NCBI GenBank assembly: GCA_000165425.1
Contig: CT868029.1
Location: forward strand, 186,001-250,000
Source: Paramecium tetraurelia
Taxonomy: Eukaryota
DNA length: 64,000 bases
Direction of reading: 5' to 3'
The translations under genes and the position numbers were made by a program. Below the pieces are notes generated by a model. That model saw nothing but the letters and a program-made list of their open reading frames with translations, was not told where the DNA came from and made no database searches. Of the stretch, positions 25,701-41,152 are shown one piece after another. Positions within the stretch are counted from its first letter, which is position 1; the number at the start of each line of letters is the position of its first letter.

Positions 25701-28700
25701 TTCATCTCTGACAAAATCGAGTAATTTGAAATAGGCTTAATTGTAACAGAAGTGATCATTCTATTGTATGTTTTGTTTAACATCTGACAATTGATTCAAT
25801 TCTTTCCATCCTTGTTCAGTCGTATCCTTTTATCTCTCCCTAAATCCCATGATTATTCTATTCTAAACAGCCTATACCCTACTCAGATCTACTTATTTGA
25901 GTGTATTCCATTAATTTAATTGTTACAATGACTCTGTGAATAGTTGATGAATGATTTATTGATCATATTCTTTTTGAATCCCTTAAGCCTCATTAGTTTC
26001 TTATTCTAGTTACAACCAAAATTGATCAACAGACTCTTGATTATTTAATATTAACTAATATGATTGAGCTGGTTCTCTTAATTGGTTAAGTAAAACTAAT
26101 TACTTAACCCAGGGTTGAGTAGCAGTCAAGGCCTTACAACCCAATAGACATTATTTGTTCCATTACTCTTGGTATACTCCCTGTAATTATACCAGGATAT
26201 CTTCATTTAATTGTGAATAGTAAGATGAATCCTCTTCATTCAAATACTAATAAATATATTCTAACAAATATTGAGCTGATGGCAATAGATTCTTTTATTT
26301 GAGACACATGATTAGGTTGTTGAAATTAAGTTAAGTCTATTGATTGTCCATAATGTCATAAATATTGGTTATCTGAGATAGAATTTATTGAACAAGGAAA
26401 TTAGAAATAGTCTACAGAGTTCCATTGGATATAGATTGTTGAGAAACATAATCAGTTATCTGAGTGATGGTTTTGATGTCATTGACAATAACTTGATTAA
26501 ATATTGGTTTGAGCAGACGACTACTCACATTTGCAGCTGTACCCAGTAATTCGATAGCTGCACTTGGTATGATGCATTCCCTTAATGGTTACTGTGGTTA
26601 ATCTTAGAGTGGAATATAAGAGAGATTGTAGATGACGATGGATGGTAGATATTCACTGGTGAACAGTTTGATACTTGAATTGTACAATTTCTACCAGTAT
26701 TTCTTCCTGTAATAGATGGCCAGATATTTATTGAGAACTTGTTCTCTCATCATCGAGTCCTCATCCTTAGGCACCACTTTCACAACTAGTTTATTTGGTT
26801 GAGTTGGTTGGAATAGTTTTGGAGACAGCAAGTGTCCTCTTCCCAACATCATGAATTTGACTGCCATCAACATGATTTCCTCTCCTTCTGTCTGGAGAGG
26901 CTACTCTTATTACTTGTTATTCGGATCTCCTAATACGAATTACAAGAATCTATCATAGGTATATCCATAGATATCCAAAATCATCTTGTAGAAGAATTGC
27001 AAATAATCCAAACATGTACTCAATTTACTTATTATCTATAAGATGCGTCTGAATTCTCTTAACGAACCATTTCCCTTATCATAGATGTTTTTTAATAGGT
27101 AAAATCCACTATTGATCGACCCTTGTTATTTCTTGAATGGATACACCAACAATAATTCACATAGGAAAATAAAATACAACTTGAATACCTTCAGATCCTG
27201 TATCTTCCCATGCTGATTATCGTAACTATCAGAACTCCTTTAATCTATCTTCTTGTCGAACATGCTTTGGAACTTGTTCAGATCAAAAAAGAAACCAAAT
27301 TATAATTCACATGACATCTTAGATGGCTTAAACTGTAAGTTCTCCTCCATTTTCTTCAACTCCGACCTCATTTGGAATGATCTCACTGGAGACAGATACA
27401 CTGATATCGCTTACAGATAACCTTCCACATTCGATATTCCATTGATAAATAGCATCCTCAATATTGCTATACACTCCAATTTCAATTCATAATCAGGCAC
27501 TGACTCTATGATCCAAATTAAGATTTGTAAATATTCAATCTGCTCCTTCTAATCCTTGATCTCATCAAAATTGTAAGCCATCATCTTTAAAGTCTTCTGG
27601 AGTGCAGATCGATACAAATGGAATTTGATCTTTTAGTTCTCAGGGAAATCCTCTGGGAAATAGAGCAATTCCTCGCTTTTCCTTACTCCAAATGGGAAAT
27701 CATCTGTCATCAATCCAAAATCACTGATATACGAGGATAAATCTGTATGAGTGTATTGTTTCTACGAATCGTTCTCCCATTGCTCATTCTCTCTGATGTT
27801 GAACTGCTTCTTAGGGATTGTGTATCTTCTCATATTGTCCAAATACTAATCTCCCTTATCTTTCTACTTCAAGTAATCTATCAGTAACTCAGCTATTCTC
27901 TTTAATGAAGGCATCAAAGGTCTCACATAAGTGATATCATGATTGAAGAACAACTTCAACAAGAAAATTGATAGAATGTTCACTTTCAATGCTTAAGCGG
28001 GAAGCCTGGGTCCCATAAACTAGTTCATTTACTATTGGCTATTCTTCTTAATCTAAAGATGTTGTTGTACAGCTTCCTTGACCCAATTTGACAGTGAGTT
28101 CTAAAACCTATCACTCTCTTCATTTTGATTCTCCTTTGCATTCTTCAGTAGTTTTCTGAAAATATTAAAAATTAAAAAGACAAGCTGAGCATGATCTTGA
28201 GTCAAAGCATTTTGATGTTGTTGGCCTCTATCTGCAGGAGGTTAAGAATATTAAATCCTGGTTTGTGGGGGTGGTTGTCTTGGTTGAGTAGGAGGAATCC
28301 TGCCTGCATTGGGTCTGGGTGGTAATTAGTATTGCAGTTGATCTGGCAATAGATTCATCTAGAATATGATATCAAAACATGGTTAGTACAGTTAACTTAT
28401 TTTGGTTGATGGTTAAAACTCAGCAATAATTGTCAGTATATGCAATACAATTAAGAAATATCTAAAGTAAGCAGTAGGTTATTATTGAAGCATTCTCAGA
28501 TTCTAATTCCCCTATTGAGGTTCCACTATTGAATTCATCAGATTTACGATGTTCTTCTTTACTGTCTCCATATTCATCTTGTAATTTGTCAGTGGAGCAA
28601 TTATCAATATCTTCTTCAATAAGTATAATGCTCTTTTTTGTAGCTCGGCATCTTCTGTGTTGTGTGCTTTGAGTGATTACTTAATAAAAAAGGACTAGTA

Positions 28701-31700
28701 GATTTCACTTGACAAAGATTCATCATGATTTTGAGCTTCGCTTTGATAGAATGAATCTCGGAATTTCTTGGTATTGTTGTGCAATAAGTCATTCTTTATT
28801 AATTTTGTTTTCCATTCCACTTATAGAAATGCCATATCCAATGCAATTCTTCTGTAATTTTGATAACTGTTGATAATTATTGGAGCTTGAGGTGATTAAT
28901 TTTAATTGAAGAATCCAATCTGTTACATTGAATTTATGATATGGATTGTAAATGATTCATGATGCTTGTGAAATATTTTATGATTCTTTATAAACATCGA
29001 CCAGAATCTACTCACCTTTTAGGCTGATTCAAAATCCAAATTGGATGATTCCTATTTCAATTGTTGTTGAGTTGCTTAAATCCAATCTTTTTGATCTTGT
29101 ACTTCAACTTAATCCAACCACGGTAAGACCACACTAAATATCTTCTTACATAGACTATATAACTCTTATTCAGATTAACCACTCTCATCTAATTGTTTTA
29201 ATGCTTTGTTATATATTTTTAAATATCTCTTATTGACTGATATTGGATCATTTTATATCAATCCAATCTTTTTTAAGAATTTACTAAAATACAAATTAGC
29301 ATGGAATGCCACCAATTTATCGGATTTATTAATCATATCATATCCAAATTACAAGAAAGACATCTTTAAATCTGATGGCAATTGTTGTTCTTAAAAGCAT
29401 AATAAGTATGAACTAATTTAGAGCATATCTATCACTGATGACTTGTAATAATGATTCACATCTGACAATTTAGCTGTTAAATTATTATTATGCAATTTGT
29501 AAGTAAAATTCATTGGACAATGATGCTCAATATCACTCAATATCTTGCCATAATATTTAAAGAAGTCATCATTGATCTCTTTCATCCTCTAAAACAAAGA
29601 CAATTGACTTATTTGACTTAAATCATTTCTTTAATTAGAATGGAATAGAATAGGATAGATCACATGATATCCAGTGATCATTTGAACCTAATTTAATTGA
29701 TCATCCTCAGAAAATTTGAAATTATCCATCCAGATTTCAATGATTCTTTTTCTTAATGATATTGACTTATTCATAGCCACATTCATTACCCACTTCTTCA
29801 CCTTGTCTTGTGTTGAATACAGTATCAATCTCAACATTCCTGAAATAGCTAGTTTGCTGTCTTCATTCTATGAAATGAATTGCTTTAACATGCTGCAATG
29901 TCGATTCAATAGACTATTGATTTGCTGATTGGAAAGTATCAACTGATTGTAAGCTTATTATAATTGACTCTATTGCACTTTCCTATTCTGATTATTTTAT
30001 TTCTGCTTCTCCAAAAGATCCTTAATATTATTCAAGATACAATTATCTAAGAAATGATTATTCTTCTTCAAACATGAAGGATTCCTCTTGCATAATTAAA
30101 AACCAAATTAAACTATCTCTATTTTGATTTCGCTTATCACATTAATCAATTTTTATATGTAAGATTAATGGAAGGATTATTACAACTCTGGAGGCAATAC
30201 AGTCTAAACATTCATTAACCCCTTCTCCAATGAAGAACTCAGGTCTTCTATGATTTTATTGAACCGTTCCATCTTCAAAGCCAATTAACTTTTCTCTCTG
30301 CATAGCTTCTCTCTCAACGGGAATGCTGTTGGCTCTGAAATGACTTGTCTGACAGTTTTAATATATTGAAGACGTTCCCTTAAGTTTTCCCAGAGGCCTT
30401 TAATAGGAGTTTGATTAGCTAGTAATTGACTCACTCCTTCTAGTTGCTTTTAAAATTATTAGATTTATCCTAGATTGTAGGAGGATTAGAAGACATCAAA
30501 GTAATTGGCAGCTAGTGTGTTTAAGAATTTCACTAAAGGCTTATCGATGGATTGGTTTAGTTGCATTTATGACACTTTGAAAACATAGTTTCTTCTTAGA
30601 TTATTAGTATCCGTAATTATTTTCTAGACAATATTAATATTATTAGCTCCAATGGATGGATTTGTTAGTTATGATGTTAGATGCTAAAATAATTTCAACA
30701 GTCCAGATATTATACCCATCTAAAAGTTTAATGATTCTTGGTGATTAATTTTATTGATAAATCCATTCAATTGTAGTACAATATTAAACATTTTGAGTTA
30801 TGGGTTATTATTATTGGTAGTTGTCTTAAACTATCCTAGTAAGATGGGCTTATAATTTATCCGATAATGCCTTATGGAAAACCTTACTGAATATTTTCAA
30901 TATTAGTTTTAAAGACTTTAAAAACGAAGGAATGTAATGAAAGATGTCTGACTACACACATGTCAGTAATGGTTTCATAACCTTTTTCAATCGCTCATCA
31001 TTCTCAAATAGAGTCTTGTCATTTGATATGCCTTCCTATTATAGTAATTCCTAAAGGTATCTATAACCTGCCTATCTAATACTGGATTCCACTCTCAAGA
31101 GTCCTTCATATAGAATCTCAACAATCTTGAATTTCATAGCCAAAATAACTGGCTTTACTGTTTGATTTTTATCGATATTTCTTTGAAGGTGCTTTTGAAT
31201 GAGATATATATAATTCACAGTAGCCATAGACTTCAAGAAACCATATACTGCAACAACCATGTAACTTTACCACTTGATTTCAAAGTCAATGTCCTCGATA
31301 TTGATTTTGAATTCCAAATCATCCAATCCGTGAGACACATTTATTAGGGCATTCTATTACTGATGATATTCTTCATTTGTAAGAATCAGTTTAGATTGCT
31401 TATAATAAGTTTCTTCGTTTTATTGTATAATTTTAAAAGATTATTAAACGTAGTCTTCAAAACATGGTATCAAGGATGGGTCATTTTCAAATTGCACAAC
31501 TTTAAACAAATGATATTACACAGACTCAAGTCTCCCTTATTTTTATAATAGGTAAGACAATATTCTGAAACCATTGGCATATCTCTAAGCAGTTATGTCT
31601 GACATTTTCTGTTCTTCACATAATTGCTTAATGATTAAGACTAATTCTCTTAAGACTGTATTTTGAGTATACGGAGAAGTAGGTATTTCAGAATAGTCTA

Positions 31701-34700
31701 TATTAACCCAATACAATTAGGATTAGTTTGCTCCAGTGAACTCATCTAAAGGGATTGGTTTAATTTATTCATCAAACCTGGGGTTCATTCCATCTCCAAT
31801 ATTCATGTAAAATAGGGGACCAGCATTGCCCTTATAATAATTGGTGATAATATGATCGAATAATTCAGTGCAAATCTGGAGTAAAGACTTTTTGAAGGTA
31901 AGACAATTTTCTGCAACGACTTTAACAAACTCCCTTAATTTGTTTGATAATATTAGGATACTCTAATGAGAATGAGCATATTTTGAATGATCCACATTTA
32001 GATTCTCAATCAACTAATTCAATGTTTAAAATAACAAATGTTTGGTAAGCTATTACGATACTACTCGTATGGTTTCAGATAATTGTCTTAGTAAAATAAA
32101 TGAGCATTCTACAATTCTTTGATCAGGGATATATGGTAAACCTAAGATTTGATTTGATGTGTAATAATCTTTAAATTTTGGTCTAAGATTCTGGATTTCA
32201 GTAAGTAATTCAATCGAAATTGATCTGCAATTCAATCCTTCAGATGGAATCATTGTTCCTCCATAAGCTAAGAATATTTCTTATTAAATAATTACATTAA
32301 ACTATTTGTATTTTCCGACGACGATCATCTTCCTTCTGTAGTTGTGTCTACTTTCCAAACTTCTCGTACACAAACTCCTCAAACAAACGAATAACCACTG
32401 TGTAATAGACATTATAAGCCCAGGCCATATTTTCATTGTTTTTTTTAAAATGATTATTCAATATTCTCTTGTACTTCTTGAGACAATTGCCCATGAGTAA
32501 TTTAATCCAGATGAACTCATGTTGCTGAATGTAGAAATCTTTGAAATTCATATTCTCCTCAGCTGTGAGCATGTACCTCTTATTTAAGCCTTTGAAGAGA
32601 TGAGATAGCCATTTAATGGATTGAGGCTTCTCTCTCAAATATTTGGCTACGATATCCTCTGTCATGGCATACAGTGAATTCAAATCAGGTTTGGTTTACT
32701 TGAGTTGTTGAATCTATTCGCAATGATCATCTGCTAATTGAATGAAAAACATTTCAGATAGAGTTGTCACAACATTCTCAACATCCTCTTTTAGCTTGTG
32801 GAATGTGGCTGTCGTGAGAGTCTAAATGATATTGTGGAAATTGCTCAAACCAATAAACACCTTTGTTACTGCTGATATTAATTCCTCATCTTGATACATC
32901 AATAGATCCTACTCACATGACCTTGACTGCAATCTCATATCCAATGCCATACCTTCTGGTATTTGATAATTGTATAAATCATGATCAAATTAAATAGGCA
33001 TTTAATAATACCCCAACAGTACCATCTTTACAATTGAATAACTATGCTAAATTGAGGATTGTTTAAACAAATATGTAGCCAATTGCTATTCCAAAAAGTT
33101 CTGCAGAATCTCCACTGCGCATCTTACTGTTTCAGAAAGGTTGATCTTCAAATTAGTTTGCAATCCCTCTATTTGCACTTCCAAATATTGATTTCTAACG
33201 AACGGGTTATCAGTATGAGTTCTTTTAATTTCAATTGGCCACTCTGATTTTCGTACCAAAGCTCCCAACTTTGACAGAATTTTTAAGGATTTGAATGAAG
33301 GATCCAAAAATAAATTGACTTATTTAGAATAAATGTCTGCCATCTTATATTCTGATGGAAAAGTAAGCAATTTCTCAATGAATGGTTAAAGCAGATCCCC
33401 AAAGAATTCTCTCATCTCTTCCATACTCAAGTTAGTTACAATATTCTCCAATAACATTAATGTTTTTTGAATTACTTAATTTTCAATTGTAGATATATTA
33501 TGCAAGGCTCTAAACAAACATTAAGCAAAAACTGGGTACTATTTAGCTAAATTGATTTGCATTGTTTTTTGTAATGGAAAATTAGCTATCACTTCTGCAA
33601 CAATATCCTATATCTCTACTATTCCGGTTTAAAATAGCTCAAACATGTTCAAAACAATGTTGACTCCACTCAAATTTAATTTATGATAAATCTCATACGA
33701 TTATCTTTAAAGCATCTATTATCTGTCATTTCGATCATATTTATCACATAATTATTAAAAATATTTAGATAATCCCTCTCCTTAGTCATTATTCTATATT
33801 CTCTTAACTAATGATAACAATAAACCTAAAAAGTCTATTGGATAATATGTTTCATGTGATTTCTTAACAAAAAATAATATTAATTATTTTAGCAATGGTT
33901 TTACAATAGGCTCTTCATTTTATTAGCATTTCACTCTAGGAAATAATCTAATGGGAATTCTTAGCAATTTCTATATTAATGATATGTATTCATCTTAATC
34001 TTTTTATGATACATTTTAGCCTTTTTGATTGCTCATTTGTATCAATTAGCCACCTCTACAATATCCAAATCTAGATGGCAATTCTGGAGTCGTTTGCAAT
34101 TCTCTCAAATACAGATTTAATAAAAATTCTATGTAATACTTCACTGATAATTTAGGTTAAGATTAGTTATCCGGATGATTTAATATCTATAAATGATCCT
34201 ACAATAATAATGGGAGACAATGTGTTTCTGGGCATGTTTTTATTAAGTTGACTGAAATCTTTAACAATAATTTTGAATTTGGTTCAAAAATATTCTTAAA
34301 ATTGATGGGATCTTAAAATTAAATGAAGAATTGCATAAATTAAGGTATAGTTTTCTTTTTATAATCCAAAATTTCAAAATGGTTTCTTTGATGATCATGC
34401 AATTCATCAAATATTATCAACCCATTTTTCATTATCTTTGACATATAATGACATTACAAATTGCTCAAATAAGGTCTGGATTCATTAGTCGCTTAAATTA
34501 AAGGGGCTAATCTTTATGAGTTTTAGCCATTTTGTCTATTTTTGTATTTAGCTACTATTTCCTTGTTTGTCAAGGCCACAAAATTAAGTAATTTCTAGAG
34601 AATATCATTCAACTAATCAAATATCTTTGATTTCACTTCCTTAGCATATTCAATAAATTAACTATATGAATTGATGCTTATTGAATTAACTTAATACTCC

Positions 34701-36624
34701 TCCTCATCATCGTAAGTATAAACTTGAGTAGCTGCTTAATCTTATAAAGTAATAAGATTTTAATCAATATCAATTTCATTCTCCTTAATATACTATTCCA
34801 ATTGACTTATGTACCTCTCACTCAAGGGTTCATTGTTACATGGCATAGATGAAACATTTGTTTGTGAAGTAGTTTTTTTGATAATTCCCCATTTCTAAGT
34901 TCTGTTTAGCATTTCTTTTATTTACTAGATTTGCTTTCTAATTTATGCTAATTTCATTCCAATCATCTGAAATAATCTATCCAACAATTTGTACTTTGGA
35001 CTATGTGTTGTCACTTCCTTGAAAATCGAATCATTTTATTATTATTGTTGTTGAGGTTAATCAATGTAATATTAGAGTAAATTCCTATCAATAAAATAGT
35101 TGTTTTATTGTTTAAATAAGTCCAAGAAAACTTTGATTAAATCTAAAGCTTTCTCATGAATGGATATTTGCAAGGAAGAATCAAATAATACTTTAAATAT
35201 GGTATTGAAAATCTTTTCCATATATGTTTAATTATTTATGAAATCACTTTGCATCCTCTCCAAGTTAGTAGGTTGTTAATTTTATTGCTCACACTTAGGA
35301 AGATAGCTTTAAACTACATGTTTAACAATATCTAACCAATTTTGATATATGCTAGTCTTTTGATAGGGTGGAATTTTTAGATTCTTACCAACAATTGTTT
35401 CTTCATCAATCAATTCAGCCACATTAGCATTTATTTCATTTATTTTTTCAGTCATATCATTTTATTATATGGTATCCCTTTTTTAAATTATAGATTATTT
35501 CAGACGATTACTGATATCAATCCTTAGATGCATTATATCTACAGGACAATGCTTGAGTGTTTTAATGATAATGGCAACAACTGAGTCTAATTTAATTGTG
35601 TCTGAAATATCCTTAATGATTCTTGATTAGGGTTGCATTTGATTGTCATCCCTTTTAATAGTAAGAGCAAGCAATTATAAGAATTTAGAATAGGCATTAA
35701 AAAGTTCCTACACTATATTTCTTGGGACTTTCTACAATAAGTCTTAGAAATTGGTTTCATTAATGACTTAGTTCATTGTTTTCAAGGCTCTCTTCAAGAT
35801 TTCTCTCATTTGGGTTTTAGTCTACATAATAAGTGAATGATTATTACTTCTTCTTTCACTATAGAGTCTAGAACAAAGATAGTGTAAATGAAAAATGTTG
35901 GTATGTTAGTTACAAAAGATAAACTAAAAATATTTAGCCTTATATCTTTCTCTCTTTTATCTTCAATATCTGATTACAAAACATAATTCTGATCCCAAAA
36001 AGGATTATTTTGATTATCTCCTAAAAGTTTCTTATATTGAGATTTCTTAAGTTCATTATTAAATTTAACCAAGAATTCAATCCGCTACTCAAATATAGAA
36101 TAGAGTTTCAATAACAACTAATCTGAAAATAATGTATTTGATCTTTAGTATTAATGTGATTATTATTGATTCGACTTTAGTAAATCATTAATTATGCGGA
36201 TGGCTACAGCTGCATTATTTTCATTGTCTTTTTCTAATACAATAGTCATTTATTCGACAACTTGAAATGTCATGTGTTATAAGAGAATCTTTTTCTATAA
36301 TAAATCCAAGATGGCAGCTCTGATTAAAAATTTTGTGTTTCGAGTTGTCTAAGGTTCAACATGTTGAAGGACATATACTATAAAGTTCAAACAACTGTCA
36401 ACAAAGGTTTTCTAATTATTTTGAAGGACCTGCTATAAGCAATTATATAGATTGAATACATGATTGCTGTCTCTATTTCTTTCTTGATGTACTTCCTCTG
36501 AAATACGGCCTAAACGTTCTCGAATTTCAAAGATGTTTCTTTCTGTGAAGCTCTCATTATTGCTGTTTAGGTTGTTAAGCTAATCTTTGAGTCTTTCGAA
36601 ATAGGCAGGGTCAATTTAAGACAT
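22777..36624 (-). CDS. TRRAP: Tra1/TRRAP-like PIKK-family pseudokinase (~4,500 aa)
   Basis: N-terminal HEAT motif LEKDNENNAAVAIRIINDL; ILSKLG; long HEAT/FAT solenoid; PIKK-like domain without recognisable DRH/DFG (…IRYSRNIEHLVG…); FATC-like end LKLWAKRWF-TGA. Continuity across all introns was not checked base by base. Confidence 0.8.
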
Positions 36625-36708
36625 TTTAATTAAATTAATAATGAATTTCGCTCCTTTCTTGTAAATGAAAATTAGAAATTTTTGTAATAAATTTGTGCAT
36701 AATTATAA

Positions 36709-38696
36709 ATGCTTTCCTATCAAAACGTTGCATAAAATGAATATCAGAAAGAGAAAGACATTCCATCTCCCAGTCCTCTTACAAGACCAAAAGACAATAA
36801 TACAAATTAATAACCTACTCCAGTTCCTCAACCGTTCAATACGTTACTGCCAGCTAATCTGTAATTTTTTCATCTCTATCCCCCTTAGTTTACATCCCCA
36901 AACAATGGAAAATGACAGATAATCGTAAATTATTTTTACTCATTTAGAATAAAATCAAACCAATCCCAAAAAGATTAATCCTTTAGGTCGAATTACAATA
37001 TTAACTAAATGAATCCTTAAGAACAGATGCTTCTTGAAAAGCAATAGTTTCTTATGGAAGAAGGAGAAGACTTAAAGTAACACAATTAAGCTACCTAGAT
37101 CACAAGTGAGAAAGCTATAGAATGAGAATTCACAACAAAAAAAAGTTATCGACTAACTTCAATCTGAATTGTATTCAGTTTTCCATCTAATCCTTTAGAT
37201 AATCGTTTAAAAGCCAAAAGTCGATTGAGCAAGAACTCAAAGCCAAATTTGATTATTAGGAGGAAATGATTGTTAAGTTGAAATCCGAAGTTCGTAGAAA
37301 ATAGGAAGCTCTTCAAGAATGCCAATATAAATTAGCTGATATGGACAAGATTTAAAAAAAGTTAGAAGATTACAATCTTTTGTCCTCTAAATCCAATGAA
37401 CTAAATAAATAAATCAAAGATCTTCAAGATCAAGTCTAAGATTAAAAAAGGTAACTGGTCTATCTTAATTCCGCTGAACATGAAAATAGCAATTTAAAGG
37501 AATACATAGAAACCTACAAATAGTAATTGAGAGAAAAGGATGTTAAAATTGAATAGCATCGAGAACAATAGGAATAACTTTACTTAGATAATAAAAAGAT
37601 GAAAACAACTTTGGACATGTTAAATTTCGAACTCAAAAAATAACAAGAAAATTCAAATGATTAATTGCATAGATCAACTTTACAAATTACAGAACTCTAA
37701 GGATAAGTGGGTACTTATTAGAAAACTCTTGCTAATCAGGCACATCAAATTGAATTATAAAAATAATAAGTCAAGTAATTAGAAAATAAAGAAAAAGAAC
37801 TTTATAGTACAAAAAATTAAGTATTGAAATTAGAAGAGTCTATTCAAACCCTAAACTAATAAAATTTATTATGTAATTAATTAGTCTTTAATTTCATTAG
37901 AATAAAAAGAAATAGAAAAATTAGCAATGACTTTGAAGAATGGCAAATAGGAATTTATAAGTCTATAATAGAAGCTTGCTATTGCTGAACAGGAAATAAA
38001 GAAACAATCTGATCAAATTTAGCAATTACAAAAATACAAAGATTAATTGATTCATTAATGCTAATTCCTTGAATCAGAATTAAAAAAGAAACAAGGGAAT
38101 TTAGATCAAAGCATAAATTAAGCTTAACATAAATAGATTGAGATGAAAACTATTTTAGATTAGCAATAAAACTAAATCTAGCTTATGGAAGGGGAATTAT
38201 AAAAAAGAGATGCTATCATTTTTACTTTAGACTAACAAAATTAAACATTAAAAAGCTAACTTGATTAGTACTCTCAAAATGACTCTTTAAATAAAAATGA
38301 GTTGAATAATAATTTTACAAAAATGAAAGAAATGCACAATGATTTGATTTTATATGAGAAATAGGTCGATACCATAAATTTGGGTAAAAGATAATTTTAT
38401 TTATATAGAAAATCATTAAATAAAGTTGTAAAATTAAATGCTCCAAGATAGAAATAACTAATTAGAATTTGAAGTTACTAAATTAAGAGTAATACTTAAT
38501 ATCCACATAGGAATAATTAATCCAACAAGACAACCGTATTAGAAATTTAGAAACTGAATTGTAGAGTTAATCATTCAATAAACAACTGAATACATTTCGT
38601 ACGCCATATACCCCAGACTAACTCTTTCCAAATTAATAGCAATTCTTATAATCGCCAAAGGGTTCTTTTAATAATTAATTTAATTTTTATAAATGA
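36709..38696 (+). CDS. Long coiled-coil protein
   Basis: ATG at 36709 (MLSYQNVAQNEYQKEKDIPSPSP…); extended Q/E/K heptads; several mini-introns; ends NFYK-TGA. Confidence 0.78.
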
Positions 38697-41152
38697 GCAT
38701 TTAAAATTTGTATAATATAATTTAATATATTATTTGATCATGATTTCTTCAGTTCCTTGAGTATTTTTTATGTTTAGAATTTTGAATTAGCTACAGAATG
38801 TAAACAAAATAAAGAATTTTATATTCATATTTAAAATTTATTTTCTTGTCTCATTGTCACATTTTACTTCAACCTTGACTTTTAATATGTATTTTTGAAT
38901 CAAGCATTTGACATCATCATCCTTCTCATCTTTCCGAACAAGTTAAATTATTTAAAGTATCCATTATAATTGGATATCCAACTACCATTATTTATTATTA
39001 GAATAAATAATTCTTTAACTTCCTTATTGTAAAATAATTAAATTTTTTAAAGATAGAAACATGAATCAATTCGAATACAAGGCTTATGAGGTTTACTAAG
39101 GTAATCTTCTAATTGATTATTGGGCCTATAAAGAAAACGATCATAGTTATCCAAAGTCAGAAATGATAAAGATCAATAAGAAAATGAAAAAAATGTAAAT
39201 TAAAGGATCAAAAAGAAAGAAAAAGGAAAAGGATCAGATGATTGATAAAATTGTAGCCTTATGCATTTGAACGAATTTAATGAAATATTTATAGACCCAA
39301 AACATATAAAAATAATCTCTTAGAATCCAATATTATTTGATCTTCTCAATATTAAAGTATCAATAGTTTTTTATAAACAATAATCTAGTACAAGTATTTT
39401 TATATTGTTATATAATGTTATTTTATATACATATTAATTTAAATTTTTCTTAATTTAGAAGGTTTTCAGCATTTATTTATCTAATATTCTTGCTATCCTC
39501 TTGATTATCTTTTTTAAGATATTTATAGTGAATAGATGATGATGATACCTTCAATTTATAAATAATATTGACTGGAGTTTATGGTTTCTATTCAATTCAA
39601 GCAAATAACTTTGGCGATAGCAGATTTTAATTATCTAATGATGTCAAGATTTTCTTAATGTTTTTATTAAGAATACCTGCTAATTTATGTAAGTCTAATA
39701 ACGAAATCTAATTAAATGATGAAATGCTAATTAATATGCAAGTAGATATTGAATGTAATTTTACGAGTTTAAATGTTTTAAAGTATAAACATTTAAATTG
39801 ACTTTTTCTATGGTATCATGCTAATTACATTCAGATGATTTTTAGTTATCTTCAAATACTTTAATAAATTGATTTTATTCAAAACAAGCTTAATTTTGTT
39901 CATAATCCTAAATAGTTACTTCATTTAAGTGTTTTGACTATTAATAGAAATATTAAACTCTTAGCTATACTTTTTACTATTCTGAGCTTTTTATTACTTA
40001 TAAATCAGGTACACTTACGGTATTTCATAGTAAAATTATAGGTTACAAAGAATCGCTACCATGTCCGATAATTAAGTATGGGTTAAATAATTTCTTTTTA
40101 ATATCTTGGCTCTTTCAAAATGATATAATTAATCAACTAAAGCTTAATTAATATTTAAATCCTAATTTATACTAATCTTACTTAAAAATTTTTTTCACAC
40201 TCATCATTCTTAAATCAAGAATTTCTTAAAGATATCTTGATATTTGTCAATTATAAAATGCAATAATTTAATATTAAAATCTTAATCTTCATAAACAATT
40301 CCAAAACAAAGAAATCAACAAATACCAATTCAATCTATTTTTTTAAACTTCTTATTTTAAGCTAATCATCTGACTTCTTTTTTAAATTAAGAAAAACCAA
40401 TTATCCTGTAAAATTAATCCAACATACGTAAGTGATGCTTAATAAAGAAAAGTATTAATCATTATCAAATAGTAATGTTGTACCATGAGATGATAAGTAG
40501 AGCAAAAGGAGCATAAAATTATAGGCATATAATTTGGATGTTTAATTCAAAATTATATAGTAATAGTTATTTTCTTTAAATTATTTTTTTTTAATCCTTA
40601 TCCAGTCCAAGCATCTTTTTTCTAAATTGATTAATGATTATAATCATATTATTTAAGTGTAAGTTGAATTAATATTAATAAATAAGGATTGCGTTTTTTT
40701 TCATATATTTTGACTAAACAAAAAGGAATAGAAATTAAATATTTTAAAAAATTAAAATGAAATATTATAATGAGAAGAAAAAACAAGAATTGCATGTGGT
40801 TTTGTAATTCCAAATACTTAACAAAATAGAAATCTAATCACTTAAGCTATTTATCTTTAAATATGCAGCTGTACTTAATATTTAGAAATAATTTTTACAG
40901 ATCATATGTTGAACCAATCAAGTTAAATTGAATTTGAAATTAAGTAAATCTAAGATCTATTAATTATAATAAAATTATTATCATCAAGATATTCATCAAT
41001 TTGAAAAACCATAAATATTATTATATCTCTTATCAATACATATGTATTTGAATTAATGTAGGATATATAATTTAAGCCTTTAATGCAATAATTTATTTAA
41101 TATCATAAAATATATACTAAAAATAACATATATTATAACAATAATTTGAAAA

